Below are positions 30,714 to 42,013 of a stretch of 64,000 nt of DNA, piece by piece. The stretch is from Marispirochaeta sp. GTDB lineage: Bacteria > Spirochaetota > Spirochaetia > JC444 > Marispirochaetaceae. Where the stretch lies: positions 1,376,001 to 1,440,000 of the forward strand of contig CAXXFF010000002.1 of assembly GCA_963676835.2 (NCBI GenBank), read 5' to 3'. Position 1 is the stretch's first letter; each line of letters starts with the position of its first letter. A program made the translations under genes and the position numbers. Below the pieces are notes generated by a model. It was given only the letters and a program-made list of their open reading frames with translations, made no database searches and was not told the DNA's origin.

Positions 30714-33394
30714 TTGGCGTGCTCCTTGAATGCCCCGGTAAGTATTGCTTCGTGTTCAATGAGGTGCCGGGAGTAGCGTCCGGCTGCGGGGCTTGCTTTT
30801 GCCGGTCTGCCGGCATACTCAGTCTTAAGGCCGCTGATTTCTTCCAGATATTCACGGATAAAAGTCCAGGCTCCCTTGTTTCGGGGCTCTTCCTGTACCC
30901 AGCGGATAGTGTGCAGCTTCGGCATCTGTGCAAGTATTCCTCTCAGCCCCTCTGCGTCAAAAGGATAGAGCTGTTCAATTCGCAGCAGGGAGTAGTCCGT
31001 GTCATTGATTTCTGCAAGCCTGTCTGCGAGATCGTGATAGATTTTTCCACTGCAGGCGAGCAGTATGCCCGCATTGCTGTTGCCGTCGTGTATCAGCGGT
31101 TTAAATCCGGGATTCTTGAAATCATCCAGGGGAGAGACCGCCCGCTTGTCCCGGAGAAGGCTCTTGGGGGTCATGACTATCAAAGGTTTACGCCAGTCCG
31201 CTTTTGCCTGCCGACGCAGGAGGTGAAAGTACTGGGCCGGGGTACTGCAGTTGCAGACCTGCATGTTTTCCTCTGCACAGAGCTGAAGAAAGCGCTCCAG
31301 GTAGCCCGAGGAGTGTTCCGGCCCCTGTCCTTCAAAGCCGTGGGGCAGGAGCAGCACCAGGCCGGATGTCTGCTGCCACTTTGTTTCCGATGCAGCAATA
31401 TACTGATCTATAATAACCTGGGCTTCATTTACAAAGTCACCAAACTGGGCCTCCCAGAGTACCAGCACATTGGGCCTTGTAAGGGAGTAGCCGAACTCGA
31501 AACCCAGTACAGCGAATTCCGAAAGGGGGCTGTCGTATACCCGGAAAAACTCCTGGTCCGGGGCAATGTGCTGCAGGGGGTAATATGGCTCAGGCGCCTC
31601 TTCGGTATGGTTCCACCAGACTGCATGGCGCTGGCTGAAGGTTCCCCGGCCGGAATCCTCTCCTGAGAGCCGTACCGGACAGCCTTCGCTTACCAGAGAG
31701 GCAAAAGCAAGCTGCTCCGCTGTAGCCCAGTCTATGGCTGTTCCTTTTTTTATCATCTCCCGGCGGCCCTGAATAATTTTCATAAGTTTCCGGTTGAGGT
31801 TCAGGTCCTCCGGTACATCCGTAAGTCTTTCGCCCAGTTCCTTTAACCGCTTTTTGGCAAGCCCTGTTTTTGTTCCCCCGCTGTGAGTGTAGGGCTTCAG
31901 GGGAGTCTCAGGCTTAAAGGTTCCGCTGTTCTTATCTGCTTCTTTCAGGTACTCCCGGTACTCAGCAAGAAAAGAGTCCTGGTCTGCCTGAGGATAAATT
32001 TCCCGGTCTGATAAAATCTTGCCGTAGTGAGCATAGACGCCTTCGGCGGCTTTAATGCGGGAATACATTCCCGGATGGGTAAAGGTCGGCTCATCGGATT
32101 CGTTATGGCCGTGAACCCGGTAGCAGATAAGGTCGATAACCACATCGAATCCAAATTTCTGCCGGTATCTCAATGCAAGATCCATGGCACGTACAACCTG
32201 TTCCGGGTCGTAGCCGTTGACGTGAAATATCGGGACCGGCTGCCCTTTAGCCAGGCTGGTGGGAAAGAGGGTTGACCGGGAATCGGACCATGCCGTGGTA
32301 AAACCGATCTGATTGTTGACTACCAGATGGATAGTTCCTCCCGTGGTATAGCCTTTGAGTTTTGCAAGATTCAGGGTTTCCGCCACAATCCCCTGGCCGG
32401 AGAAGGCGGCATCACCGTGAATAAGCACGGGAATAACCTTCTTCCTGCATTTATCCTGGAGCCTGTTCTGGAATCCCCGTGCCTTTCCCTCTACAACGGG
32501 GTTTACTGATTCCAGATGGCTGGGGTTTGAGGCCAGATGCAGTACCATTTCCCCTTCGGGAAAGGATATGTGTGATTCGTAGCCCAGGTGGTATTTCACA
32601 TCGCCGGAGAGCATGTAATGCACCGGTTCGGGGGTGCTGCCGAAGGTTCCGAGGATTTCGTCCATGGGTTTCTGCATGGTGTGGGCAAGTACATTCAGTC
32701 TTCCCCGGTGACTCATTCCCAGAACAATTTCCTTTACACCCTTTCCGGCAGCTGAGCGGGCCAGAAAATTGAGGGCCGGAATAAGGGCCTCCGCTCCTTC
32801 CAGGGAGAAGCGCTTCTGACCGAGATACTGGCTGCCCAGGAAGCGTTCGAACTCCTTGGCCCGGATAAGATCCTGCTGAATGCGAATCTGTTCTTCCCGG
32901 CAGGGCTCCCACAGCTCAGTGCGGTGTTCCAGCTTCTCCATCAACCATGTCCGCATGCTTCTGTTCTGGATGTGCATAAACTCACTGCCCATGGTGGAAC
33001 AGTAGATACTGTGGAAGGTCTCTATCAGCTCTTTCAGGGTCTTTACGGGACTTTCCAGAAACTGTCCGCCGTAGAATGTATCATTCAGGTCGGCTTCTGT
33101 GAGGCCGTAGGTACCCGGATTCAGATGGCGCTGTACCCCGGTTTCCACCACCTGTATATGGCGCATGGCACGGGTGAGGTAGCCTTTCAGGGGGTTCACA
33201 TCCGCATACAGGTAGCCTGCATGGCGGAATGCTGAAATAAGACGGTTAACCCTGCTCTGGTTCTGCTGCAGTGAATTCTGTGTCTCCGGGGTGATGTTTT
33301 CCGGAAAACAGGTTTCCATTCCGGGGATGTCCGATTCGGAAAGGACGCCCTCCAGGTATGCAATATTTTCCGGCGCAATGGTCTGGTTTTTCAC
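30710..33394 (-). CDS. sucA: 2-oxoglutarate dehydrogenase E1
   Basis: [34 protein letters not shown], ThDP motif [17 protein letters not shown] and GQGPEHSS. Confidence 0.95.
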   Translation of the reverse strand: MKNQTIAPENIAYLEGVLSESDIPGMETCFPENITPETQNSLQQNQSRVNRLISAFRHAGYLYADVNPLKGYLTRAMRHIQVVETGVQRHLNPGTYGLTEADLNDTFYGGQFLESPVKTLKELIETFHSIYCSTMGSEFMHIQNRSMRTWLMEKLEHRTELWEPCREEQIRIQQDLIRAKEFERFLGSQYLGQKRFSLEGAEALIPALNFLARSAAGKGVKEIVLGMSHRGRLNVLAHTMQKPMDEILGTFGSTPEPVHYMLSGDVKYHLGYESHISFPEGEMVLHLASNPSHLESVNPVVEGKARGFQNRLQDKCRKKVIPVLIHGDAAFSGQGIVAETLNLAKLKGYTTGGTIHLVVNNQIGFTTAWSDSRSTLFPTSLAKGQPVPIFHVNGYDPEQVVRAMDLALRYRQKFGFDVVIDLICYRVHGHNESDEPTFTHPGMYSRIKAAEGVYAHYGKILSDREIYPQADQDSFLAEYREYLKEADKNSGTFKPETPLKPYTHSGGTKTGLAKKRLKELGERLTDVPEDLNLNRKLMKIIQGRREMIKKGTAIDWATAEQLAFASLVSEGCPVRLSGEDSGRGTFSQRHAVWWNHTEEAPEPYYPLQHIAPDQEFFRVYDSPLSEFAVLGFEFGYSLTRPNVLVLWEAQFGDFVNEAQVIIDQYIAASETKWQQTSGLVLLLPHGFEGQGPEHSSGYLERFLQLCAEENMQVCNCSTPAQYFHLLRRQAKADWRKPLIVMTPKSLLRDKRAVSPLDDFKNPGFKPLIHDGNSNAGILLACSGKIYHDLADRLAEINDTDYSLLRIEQLYPFDAEGLRGILAQMPKLHTIRWVQEEPRNKGAWTFIREYLEEISGLKTEYAGRPAKASPAAGRYSRHLIEHEAILTGAFKEHAK

Positions 33395-33415
33395 CGCTTT
33401 GCCTCGTATAAAGAT

Positions 33416-34291
33416 TTAGCTTTGAGAAAGTCTGCTGCGGAGCAGGGCGGGTATCTCTTCGGGAAGATCGGCAACATCAATCCCCGCAGCTTTGAGGGCG
33501 GCGATTTTCGCCTCGGGAGTTCCCTGTCCGCCGGAGATGATGGCTCCCGCGTGACCCATCCGTTTTCCCGGAGGGGCGGTTCTTCCGCAGATAAAGGCTG
33601 TTACCGGCTTTTTCATATTGGCGGCGATATACCCGGCGGCTTTCTCTTCCGCATCTCCGCCGATTTCACCGATAAGCACAACACCCTTTGTGACCGGATC
33701 CTTCTCGAACATTTCAAGAAGTTCGATATAGCTCGTCCCGATAACCGGATCTCCTCCTATGCCGATACAGGTGGACTGACCCAGTCCGGCCTGAGTCAGG
33801 CTGTATACCACTTCATAGGTAAGGGTTCCCGACCGGGAAATAACACCGATACTTCCGGGAGAGTGAATCTTTGCAGGCATAATCCCTGCCTTGCAGAGAC
33901 CCGGGCTTATCAGTCCTGGACAGTTGGGCCCGATAAGACGGGCACCTTTTTTCTGCACATAGTAATAGGTTTCAAGCATCTCATTTACCGGCACCCCTTC
34001 GGTGATGCAGATAATAAGGGGAATTCCCGACTCCGCTGCAGCCCGGATAGCGGAGCTTGCGAATCTGGCGGGAACAAAGATAACCGAAACATCAGCACTG
34101 GTGGCCCTCCGGCACTCGATTACACTGTCGAATACGGGTATTCCGTGAACGCTCTGTCCTCCCTTGCCGGGGGTTACACCGCCGACAATGTTGGTGCCGT
34201 CCTTTTTCATGGTAAGGGCATGAAAGGATCCGTCCCTTCCGGTGATGCCCTGGATCATTACTCTGCTTTTCTGGTTGATTAGAATGCTCAT
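33416..34291 (-). CDS. sucD: Succinate--CoA ligase alpha subunit
   Basis: [29 protein letters not shown] and RMGHAGA (phospho-His). Confidence 0.96.
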   Translation of the reverse strand: MSILINQKSRVMIQGITGRDGSFHALTMKKDGTNIVGGVTPGKGGQSVHGIPVFDSVIECRRATSADVSVIFVPARFASSAIRAAAESGIPLIICITEGVPVNEMLETYYYVQKKGARLIGPNCPGLISPGLCKAGIMPAKIHSPGSIGVISRSGTLTYEVVYSLTQAGLGQSTCIGIGGDPVIGTSYIELLEMFEKDPVTKGVVLIGEIGGDAEEKAAGYIAANMKKPVTAFICGRTAPPGKRMGHAGAIISGGQGTPEAKIAALKAAGIDVADLPEEIPALLRSRLSQS

Positions 34292-35460
34292 GCTGTACCT
34301 TTCTTCTTTCCTGATGTTGCAGGACCGGCGGATTGACTGAGTTCTACAGCTTTTTTAACCGCCGTACTGAGGGAATCCTCCGCTGCAAGTCCTGCGGAGG
34401 AGAGGATTTCCCGCCCTTCCTGGTCGTTGGTACCGATAAGACGAATTACCATGGGAACTGTCAGATCAATCTTTTTACGGGCTTCTATAATTCCTTTGGC
34501 TATGTCGTCGCAGCGGGTTATCCCGCCGAAGATATTGATCAGAATGGCGTTAACCTTCGGATTTCTCATTAAAATGGTAAGGGCGGTAACTACCTTCTCC
34601 GGGTTGGAGCTGCCGCCCACGTCCAGGAAGTTGGCGGGGGATGCGCCGTAATACTTGATAATGTCCATGGTTGCCATGGCAAGGCCCGCGCCGTTTACAA
34701 TACAGCCGATTTCACCGTCCATGGAGACAAAACTCAGTCCTGCCTCTTTCGCTTCTGTCTCATCCGCAGAGTATTCTTCAGGATTTCTTAGATCAAGCAG
34801 TTCGGGAATTATCTCGGCAGCGTTGTCGTCGATGGTTATTTTACCGTCCAGGGCAGAGAGAGATGAGTCTGCAAGGCAGGCCAGAGGATTGATCTCAACC
34901 AGGGAGCAGCCTTTATCGAGATAGAGGCAGTAGATTCGCCGGATAATGTCCACTCCCTGCATGGTCAGGATGTCGCTCTGGAAAATCTCTCTGCAGGTAT
35001 GCGTCAGTTCTTCTTCATCCAGCCCTTTGTGCGGGTAGACGGGAACTTTCAGTATCTTCTCCGGTTCTTTTTCCGCAAGTTCCTCGATGTCCATCCCTCC
35101 CGCTGCGGAGAGCATCAGGGTGAGACAGTTTGCGCCCCTGTCCAGAGTCAGGCCGAGGTAGTATTCCTGAACAATTTCGGCCTTGGGCACTACGAGCAGC
35201 CGTTCGACGGTCTCTCCTTTAATATTCATTCCGATGATTGTTTCAGCGGCTTCCTCTGCCGTTTCCGGTGAGTCCGCGGTTTTTACTCCCCCCGCCTTGC
35301 CTCTGCCGCCGGTGAGAACCTGAGCCTTGATTACTACAGAACCGCCAAGGGCCTTCGCTGCAGAGACTGCCTCGGCGGGGGTTGCGGCAACAATCCCTTC
35401 CGGGTGGGGGATAAGGTAGCCCGCAAACAGTTCGCGGGCCTGATATTCATGGATCTTCAT
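34288..35460 (-). CDS. sucC: Succinate--CoA ligase beta subunit
   Basis: [42 protein letters not shown] and [10 protein letters not shown]. Confidence 0.96.
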   Translation of the reverse strand: MKIHEYQARELFAGYLIPHPEGIVAATPAEAVSAAKALGGSVVIKAQVLTGGRGKAGGVKTADSPETAEEAAETIIGMNIKGETVERLLVVPKAEIVQEYYLGLTLDRGANCLTLMLSAAGGMDIEELAEKEPEKILKVPVYPHKGLDEEELTHTCREIFQSDILTMQGVDIIRRIYCLYLDKGCSLVEINPLACLADSSLSALDGKITIDDNAAEIIPELLDLRNPEEYSADETEAKEAGLSFVSMDGEIGCIVNGAGLAMATMDIIKYYGASPANFLDVGGSSNPEKVVTALTILMRNPKVNAILINIFGGITRCDDIAKGIIEARKKIDLTVPMVIRLIGTNDQEGREILSSAGLAAEDSLSTAVKKAVELSQSAGPATSGKKKGTA

Positions 35461-35527
35461 CTCTTCTGTTCTCCTACTTGCATTTGTGCCTTTCTGCCTT
35501 GATCCCTTCTGCTTCGGGCAGTCCGTT

Positions 35528-36826
35528 TTACTGCCGCAGCCGCGGCGGCTTGTTCAGCATTACCGCAAGAATTGATTTATCCGTCTGCTCCATGCCGTTA
35601 TGGCTGATCTGCCGTGCGTATTCTATGGTGTCTTCCGATTTGTCACCGATAATGCCCGACTCGCTTCCCACTGTTTTATCGGAAATTGCAAGTTTGGCAC
35701 TCATTGCCGCCGATTCCACACAGGAGTAGATCTTGAGGGCACAGGTCTTCTTTGCGCCGTCGCAGATAACTCCCATAAGGTTGGCGAACATAATGTTTAT
35801 AGTGTTTTCCACCCGGTCCAGAGAGCCTGTAATTAGATAGACATAGGCGCAGGCGGTGCCGATGGCGGCGGTAAATGCCCCGCAAAGGGCGGAAAGGCGT
35901 CCCTTGTGGTAGGTAAGGTAGAGGGCCACCATATGACTCAGGGCCAGTGCCTTGATTGTTGCGGTTTTATCGCTTTTGAGAAAATCGGCCATTACCTGTA
36001 CCGGTACTGTTGCGGTAATTCCCTGGTTTCCGCTGCCGGAGTTGATTACCACCGGCAGGGGGCAGCCGGACATCCGCGCGTCGGAGGCGGCAGAAGCAAG
36101 GACCGCGCCGTACTGGAATGCTTCTTCCAGGGTGGTGATATTACTGCTGTCCGTGGTGTTCATTGTTTTTCCCACGCTCAGGCCGTATGACTCTCCAATG
36201 GAGTGTTCTGCAATAGCCATGTTTGTCTCTGAAACATTCAGCAGGAAGCTGCCTTCGTTTTCAGTCAGGTTGTCTACAAAGGCAAGGATATCCTGAACTG
36301 TCCAGCTCTCCGGATATACCCCTTCTTCGTCGGCATCGAGACCGTTTATATCCTGCTTTAGAAGAATCTCGCCGTTTTTAACCTTCTCCACCACCATATC
36401 GTGCTCTCCGGCAATGGTTATTCTTGCACTTTCTTCTCCGGAGGTAAGGGTTGCGGAGATATAGACCGGCGGAACATCTGCTGCAAGTTCCAGGCTTACC
36501 GGATGGGCTTCTTTAAAGGAAAGTATTTTATCTGCAGTGTTTTCCGGCAGGGTTGAAAGAATGTTCAGACCCATGGAGGAGTCCCCGAAAAGGACGCCAA
36601 GTAAAACGGAGGTATCTGTGCCGGTAAGGCTGCTGTTTGGTATTCCAACACCCATTACATTTTTAATTATATCTCTGCTGGCAAGAATTGCTACAGAATC
36701 GGGCTCTGCTCCGAGGAGATCCCGGGCAAGTGCGCCGGTTAGAGCTGCGGCTGCAGGCTCGGTGCATCCCATGGCTGTCTTCAGCTCCTTCTTCAGGAGT
36801 GAAAGGTATGTGTTGTGCTTGTTCAT
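35528..36826 (-). CDS. cyuA: L-cysteine desulfidase (CyuA/YhaM, serine-dehydratase-alpha-like Fe-S family)
   Basis: GCTEPAA, KNVMGVGIP, DARMSG, INSGSGNQG, RLSALCG and ICDGAKKTCALK. The ATG at 36826 is preferred over the 36889 start. Confidence 0.85.
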   Translation of the reverse strand: MNKHNTYLSLLKKELKTAMGCTEPAAAALTGALARDLLGAEPDSVAILASRDIIKNVMGVGIPNSSLTGTDTSVLLGVLFGDSSMGLNILSTLPENTADKILSFKEAHPVSLELAADVPPVYISATLTSGEESARITIAGEHDMVVEKVKNGEILLKQDINGLDADEEGVYPESWTVQDILAFVDNLTENEGSFLLNVSETNMAIAEHSIGESYGLSVGKTMNTTDSSNITTLEEAFQYGAVLASAASDARMSGCPLPVVINSGSGNQGITATVPVQVMADFLKSDKTATIKALALSHMVALYLTYHKGRLSALCGAFTAAIGTACAYVYLITGSLDRVENTINIMFANLMGVICDGAKKTCALKIYSCVESAAMSAKLAISDKTVGSESGIIGDKSEDTIEYARQISHNGMEQTDKSILAVMLNKPPRLRQ

Positions 36827-36850
36827 GAAGCGGAGACTAACACGCGAAAA

Positions 36851-36987
36851 ATTGGATGTCCAGTATTTTATTAAAAAAATATTGAGCAATCAACAAAAAT
36901 TGTTGAGGCAGTATTGCACTGATTGAAAAAATAATATAAATTGCCGAGAGATCTTCAATAATGGTAAAATTATGTTGAGGATTCGAT
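36851..36987. promoter_or_regulatory. Divergent promoter region with three palindromic operator-like sites
   Basis: ATTGGATGTCCAGT (36851), ATTGAGCAATCAAC (36881), GTTGAGGATTCGAT (36974). Promoter candidates: TGGACA-17-TAGTCT and TTGATT-17-TAAAAT on -, TTGCAC-17-TAAATT on +. Confidence 0.6.
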
Positions 36988-37011
36988 AAAAATAGGCCCG
37001 GAAGGTTACAA

Positions 37012-38037
37012 ATGCAGGAATGGACGAAAAGAAAGCGCTTGGAAACAGTACTGAAAGGGGAACTTGCAGACCGGCCCCCTGTTTCCGCCTGGCGTCATTT
37101 TACCGAAGTGGAAAATGACCCCATTGCCCTGGCCGATAAAATGCTTGAATTTCAGGCTCAGTACGACTGGGATTTCATTAAAGTTAATTCCCGGGCAGTC
37201 TATTACCATGAGCCCTGGGGAAACAGATACGACAATACTCAGTACACCGATGTAAAACCCCTGTTACTGGAAAAGGCCATTAACAGTGTTGAAGATCTGG
37301 CAAAGATTGATGTGAAACCCGGAGATTATGAAAGCTTCGGTGAGCAGATTGTCTGTGCAGAGCGTATTATGAAGGGGCGGACTGAAGATGTGCCTGTTCT
37401 CTACACCCTTTTTACCCCCATCGGCATTCTGCTGAATCTCTGTGGAGAGCGGAGTATCGGACGCTACCGGGAGTCTCCCCGGGACGAGAGCTATATGTTT
37501 ACCCTTTTAGAGGAGAACCGGCCCCTGGTTCACCAGGCGCTCCAGAATATTACTGATACTTTCACCGATTATGTGGCAAAGCTCATGGATACCGGCATAG
37601 ACGGTCTTTTTTACGCCGGTCTGGGTATGGCCAGGGAAGGTTTTTTTACCATGGAAGAGTGGGAAGAGCTGGTGAAGCCCTACGATCTGCAGATCCTTGA
37701 AAGCATAAAGGATAAAATCACCCTTTTTCATACCTGCGGTATCTATGGAAACCCCGAGCGTTTTGTAGATTTTCCCATCAGTGCTCTCCACTGGGCCCCC
37801 AGTGCCACCGGAAACCCGCCCCTTAAGGGCAGCGGTGAATGGCTTAAGGGAATGATTGCCATGGGCGGTGTGGATGAACGCCTTTTCGGACAGGACAAGG
37901 CGGAAGAGATCGGAAAGCTGGCTGCAAAGGCCATCGAGGAAAACAGGGATCAGCCCTTTATCCTTGCTCCGGACTGTTCAGTCTCTATCCGGACTCTGGA
38001 CAGTGAACTTAAAGCCTTCAGGGATTCGGTAAGGTAG
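37012..38037 (+). CDS. UroD/MtaA-fold (URO-D-like) protein, paralog 1; not a heme UroD
   Basis: DRPPVSAWRHF, TLFTP, LVKPYDLQILE, HTCG, MGGVD and LAPDCS; no RQAGR motif. Confidence 0.8.
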   Translation: MQEWTKRKRLETVLKGELADRPPVSAWRHFTEVENDPIALADKMLEFQAQYDWDFIKVNSRAVYYHEPWGNRYDNTQYTDVKPLLLEKAINSVEDLAKIDVKPGDYESFGEQIVCAERIMKGRTEDVPVLYTLFTPIGILLNLCGERSIGRYRESPRDESYMFTLLEENRPLVHQALQNITDTFTDYVAKLMDTGIDGLFYAGLGMAREGFFTMEEWEELVKPYDLQILESIKDKITLFHTCGIYGNPERFVDFPISALHWAPSATGNPPLKGSGEWLKGMIAMGGVDERLFGQDKAEEIGKLAAKAIEENRDQPFILAPDCSVSIRTLDSELKAFRDSVR

Positions 38038-38043
38038 GCTCCC

Positions 38044-39294
38044 ATGATCAGTGTCTCCGGATTAATTAACTATCTGGAAACAATTAAACCGTCTCTTGTT
38101 TATCATAACCGGTTTCTTTTTGATCACCCGGAAACCGCATTTAATGAATATGTTTCTTCAGCGCATCTCATGCAATGGGCCGAAGAAGAGGGCTTTGCGG
38201 TAGAGAAATATGCCGTACCCCTAAATACAGCCTTCAAGGCAACCCGCACTGTAGGCCGGGGCGGACCGGTTATCGGCTTTATTGCCGAATATGATGCCCT
38301 GAAGGATATCGGTCACGGCTGCGGTCACAACCTTATTGCAACCATGAGCTTCGGAGCGGCCCTTGCCGTTGCGGAGGCTGCGGGAAAAACCGGTCTCGAC
38401 TGCACCATTGTCATAGTGGGGACCCCGGCGGAAGAATCCGGGGGGGGAAAGATCCTTATGGCTGATGCAGGCTGTTTTAAGGGCATCGATTTTGCCATGA
38501 TGATGCATCCGTCGGATAAAAACATGGTGGAGGATTTTTCCTTTGCCAATGTTATCTACTCCTACGAGTTTACCGGGAAACCTGCCCATGCTTCAGCGGC
38601 ACCCTGGGAGGGGAATAATGCCCTGGAGGGGCTGCTCCAGACCCTAAACCTGATAAACGGTTACCGTTGTCAGTTCAAGGATTATTCACGGGTAAATCCC
38701 TGGATTATCGAGAGCGGCAATGCCACTAATGTAATCTCCCCCCATTCCAGGATGGAGATAAACATCCGCTCCAACGATCTGGACTATCTGGATGAGCTTA
38801 TTGAGATTGTCCGCCGCTGTGCAGCAGGCAGTGCTCAGACCTACGGTCTTTCCCTTGAAACAAATAAGGTGAGCCCCCGCTATGCTCCGGTAGCCAACTG
38901 CCCTGTTATTGAGCGGGTTATGCGGAAGCACTTTGAAAGTATCGGGTGGAATGTAGAACCCAAGGCCCGTGATCATGGCGTGGGATCTACGGATATGGGC
39001 AATGTTACCCAGGTTATTCCCGCCATACACGGCCATATAAAACTCGGACAGGGACTGAAAACCCATACCGCCGAGTTTCGGGATGAGACTCTGACACCTT
39101 CCGGGATAGAGACGCTTGTTACCGGCGCAGCGGTAATGGCCGCTACAGCCCTGGAGATTGCTGGTTCGGATGAAAATCTCAAGGAAATGCAGCATGCTTT
39201 TCTGGCCCGGAAGGCATCGCGAAAGTCTGAAAAGAAGACTGCGCAGAAGAAAGCCCCCCAGGAAAAAGCCCAGGAAAAAGAAAGGAAGAATTGA
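38044..39294 (+). CDS. M20D family amidohydrolase (Acy1L2/AbgB-like)
   Basis: HPETAFNE, EYDAL, HGCGHN, GTPAEESGGGK, MMHP and GSTDMGNV. Confidence 0.9.
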   Translation: MISVSGLINYLETIKPSLVYHNRFLFDHPETAFNEYVSSAHLMQWAEEEGFAVEKYAVPLNTAFKATRTVGRGGPVIGFIAEYDALKDIGHGCGHNLIATMSFGAALAVAEAAGKTGLDCTIVIVGTPAEESGGGKILMADAGCFKGIDFAMMMHPSDKNMVEDFSFANVIYSYEFTGKPAHASAAPWEGNNALEGLLQTLNLINGYRCQFKDYSRVNPWIIESGNATNVISPHSRMEINIRSNDLDYLDELIEIVRRCAAGSAQTYGLSLETNKVSPRYAPVANCPVIERVMRKHFESIGWNVEPKARDHGVGSTDMGNVTQVIPAIHGHIKLGQGLKTHTAEFRDETLTPSGIETLVTGAAVMAATALEIAGSDENLKEMQHAFLARKASRKSEKKTAQKKAPQEKAQEKERKN

Positions 39295-40469
39295 TGAAGA
39301 AGAGAATATCCGCACCACTGATCATTCCCTGCAGGGATAAGGAACTTATAAAAGACGGTTATGTTGAGTTTGAGGACGGGATAATAACCGCTGTCGGTTC
39401 CCTCTCTGATCTTAAGGGCAATGATGGTGTAGAGACTGAACATTATGAAGGTGCTGCCATTATGCCCGGGCTTATCAACTCCCATGAGCATCTGAATACC
39501 AAATCGGCCTATACCTCCTGGACCATGGATGTTATCCGTAACGAGCCCATAACCGCCCAGACAATCCGGGCGGTGCGAAACGCGGCGGGAATGCTCAATG
39601 ACGGTATTACCACCATCCGTGAGTGCGGCTGCCGCGACCGTATAAACATCAGCCTCTCAAAGGCATCCCGGGAAAAATGGGTGCAGGCTCCCAATATTAT
39701 TGCCTGCGGAAGCCCGATCTCCATGATCGGCGGCCATTGCTATTATTATTCCCACGAGATCTCCGGACCTGTCGAGGCCGTTGCTGCTGTACGGACGGAG
39801 CTTAAATATGGCGCCCACTTTATCAAAGTCCATGCCACCGGCGGTGCGGGTACAAAAGAGGGCAGCCCCGAATGGCGGCAGCTCTCCCTGGAGGAGCTCA
39901 CCGCCATTGCCAATGAAGCCCATGCCAACGACAAACGGGTCTGTTCCCACTCCATCGGGCGTGAGGGGTGTAAAAACACTATACTTGCAGGGGTGGACTC
40001 CCTTGAACACGGCCATTATCTGGATGATGAACTTCTGTCCATGATGGCGGAACGGGGAACCTATTATGTTCCCACCCTTACCGGGTACATTCCCCTTGCC
40101 CGGCATGGCCTTGAACTTGGCCGGCCGGCATGGATGGTTGAAAACGCCAAAGCCCTGCTGGAGAAGCATCAGGAAGTGATGGTCAAGCTGAAGAAATATC
40201 CGGAAATTGTGGTTGCCACCGGATCGGACAGTACTGGGAGTGTTGCAACTGAAATAGAAGAACTGAACAATTCCGGCTTCGAGCCCATGGACACTCTTCT
40301 TTTTGCCACCCGCAACGGAGCGGATGTCCTGGGGATTCTGGATAAAACCGGCACCCTTGAAAGGGGAAAAGAGGCGGATATGATTGTTCTTGAGGGTAAT
40401 CCCCTGGAGGATCTTTCCGTTCTTAAACGGGTTAAACATGTCATAAAAACCGGAGATTTTATCCGGTAA
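39291..40469 (+). CDS. Metal-dependent amidohydrolase (TIM-barrel, Xaa-Pro dipeptidase/ochratoxinase-like group)
   Basis: PGLINSHEH, IKVHATGG, CSHS, SLEHG, GSDS and GNPLEDL. Confidence 0.9.
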   Translation: MMKKRISAPLIIPCRDKELIKDGYVEFEDGIITAVGSLSDLKGNDGVETEHYEGAAIMPGLINSHEHLNTKSAYTSWTMDVIRNEPITAQTIRAVRNAAGMLNDGITTIRECGCRDRINISLSKASREKWVQAPNIIACGSPISMIGGHCYYYSHEISGPVEAVAAVRTELKYGAHFIKVHATGGAGTKEGSPEWRQLSLEELTAIANEAHANDKRVCSHSIGREGCKNTILAGVDSLEHGHYLDDELLSMMAERGTYYVPTLTGYIPLARHGLELGRPAWMVENAKALLEKHQEVMVKLKKYPEIVVATGSDSTGSVATEIEELNNSGFEPMDTLLFATRNGADVLGILDKTGTLERGKEADMIVLEGNPLEDLSVLKRVKHVIKTGDFIR

Positions 40470-40526
40470 TTATTGTTACCAAATTGGGGCGACTCAATTT
40501 AAAATAAAAACCTTGGGAGAGGTATT

Positions 40527-41534
40527 ATGAAGCGATTTTTTGTTTTTGCTTTGCTTGTTGTAATGATTTCTTCCCCCCTGCTGGCCGGCGGTCAGGAAGA
40601 GGGCGGTGCCGGAAAACCGGTTGAAATCAGATTCGGTCATCAGATGACTCCGGAAAGTACTGAAGGACAGGCCTATCAGTATTTCAAGGAGATGGTTGAA
40701 GAGAAAACCGGCGGTTCTGTTATTATCACCCTGTACCCCGCAGAGCAGCTTGGTGACAGTAAGAGTCAGATTGAAAGTACTCTTATCGGTACTCAGGATG
40801 TTGTCGCCACCGGAGCTTCGCTCTTCTCACGCTTCGATCCTATCTTCAGTGCTTTTACTGTTCCTTTCCTTTTCAAGGACAATGCGGCATTCAGTGAAAT
40901 GATGCAGGGATCCATCGGAAAAATGCAGCAGGATGCCCTGGTTGAAGCAGGTCTTGTACTGGTCAACCCTTCCAGAAACATGATGCGCGGACCCTACCGT
41001 GTTATGGCATCCAAGGTTCCCATCAACAGTGTTGATGATATCAAGGGCCTCCGTTTCCGTACCTACGAAAACAAGATCTACATGGGTGCATGGTCCGAGC
41101 TCGGAGCAAACCCCATTGTTATTCCCTGGGGCGAGGCCTATATGGCACTGATGCAGGATACTGTACAGGCTGTTGTTTCTCCCATGAGTCTTCTCTATTC
41201 CATGAAATTTACTGAGGAAGCCAAGTATGTGACTGCAATCAATGAGTACACTTCCGACTGTATCTGGGCCATGAACAAGGCAAAGTGGGACACTCTTTCT
41301 GCGGATCAGCAGGCTATCATCACTGAATGTGCCGGCCTGGCTGGTGAAAAGCTTACCGAGCTTGATGCCGCCAATATCGATGCCTCTATTAAAAAGATGG
41401 AAGAAGAGAACGGCGCTGTTTTCTCTACTGTTGACACCGCACCTTTCCGTGCGAAGCTGATGGATTTCTACCGGGATCTTGAAGCATCCGGAAAGCTTCC
41501 CGAAGGTTTTGTAGCTTCTGCTCTTGGTGAGTAA
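40527..41534 (+). CDS. dctP: TRAP transporter substrate-binding protein
   Basis: Signal peptide; VEEKTGG..LYPAEQLG; DIKGLRFRT; LGANP; EAYMAL. Confidence 0.92.
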   Translation: MKRFFVFALLVVMISSPLLAGGQEEGGAGKPVEIRFGHQMTPESTEGQAYQYFKEMVEEKTGGSVIITLYPAEQLGDSKSQIESTLIGTQDVVATGASLFSRFDPIFSAFTVPFLFKDNAAFSEMMQGSIGKMQQDALVEAGLVLVNPSRNMMRGPYRVMASKVPINSVDDIKGLRFRTYENKIYMGAWSELGANPIVIPWGEAYMALMQDTVQAVVSPMSLLYSMKFTEEAKYVTAINEYTSDCIWAMNKAKWDTLSADQQAIITECAGLAGEKLTELDAANIDASIKKMEEENGAVFSTVDTAPFRAKLMDFYRDLEASGKLPEGFVASALGE

Positions 41535-42009
41535 GTTGAAAACTCTTCTGGAAAAATTATCCAAACTGCAGCTGGGGATCGCTTTTGCGGCCCTGGCTGC
41601 CGTTATTATCATTAATTTTCTCGAGATATGCATGCGCTACTTTGCAGGGCAGTCCATGGTCTGGATTCAGGATTACAGTCTGCTGCTGATGGTCTGGATT
41701 ATATTCCCCGGTGCGGGGGTTATCGCCTACCAGAAGCGGGATGTAACCATAACCATTCTTACCGACCATCTGCCAGAAACTTTCGGCAAATACCTGGAAA
41801 TAGCTGTATGCATTGTTGTCAGTATTTTCTTTGCACTGCTTGGGCGATACAGCACGACTCTGTTTCTTAAACAGGGAGGGCAGACTACGGTTACCGCCAT
41901 GATACCACTGCGTTTCTACTCCCTTTCCCTTGTTGTTACTTCTTTCTATATGGCGGTTGTTTATCTGCATAACGCCGTGGATTTATTCCTGAAAAGAAAA
42001 GGCGGCTGA
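41527..42009 (+). CDS. dctQ: TRAP transporter small permease
   Basis: Four TMs; MRYF..WIQD..LMVW pattern; lies between dctP and dctM. Confidence 0.88.
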   Translation: MSKLKTLLEKLSKLQLGIAFAALAAVIIINFLEICMRYFAGQSMVWIQDYSLLLMVWIIFPGAGVIAYQKRDVTITILTDHLPETFGKYLEIAVCIVVSIFFALLGRYSTTLFLKQGGQTTVTAMIPLRFYSLSLVVTSFYMAVVYLHNAVDLFLKRKGG

Positions 42010-42013
42010 GACT

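Noticed and set aside
30719..34282. Long antisense ORFs (30719-31666, 33422-34282; likewise 47450-48490, 3599-4393, 39657-40439)
   Set aside because: They are shadows of well-conserved genes on the opposite strand and have no recognisable motifs.
37012..38037. Calling the UroD-like genes hemE (heme biosynthesis)
   Set aside because: No RQAGR catalytic motif and no hem genes nearby; putative Zn ligands are present instead.
39205..39294. Lys-rich C-terminal tail of the M20 enzyme with a short repeat (CAGGAAAAAG x2)
   Set aside because: Low-complexity extension running into the next gene's RBS; no evidence of function.
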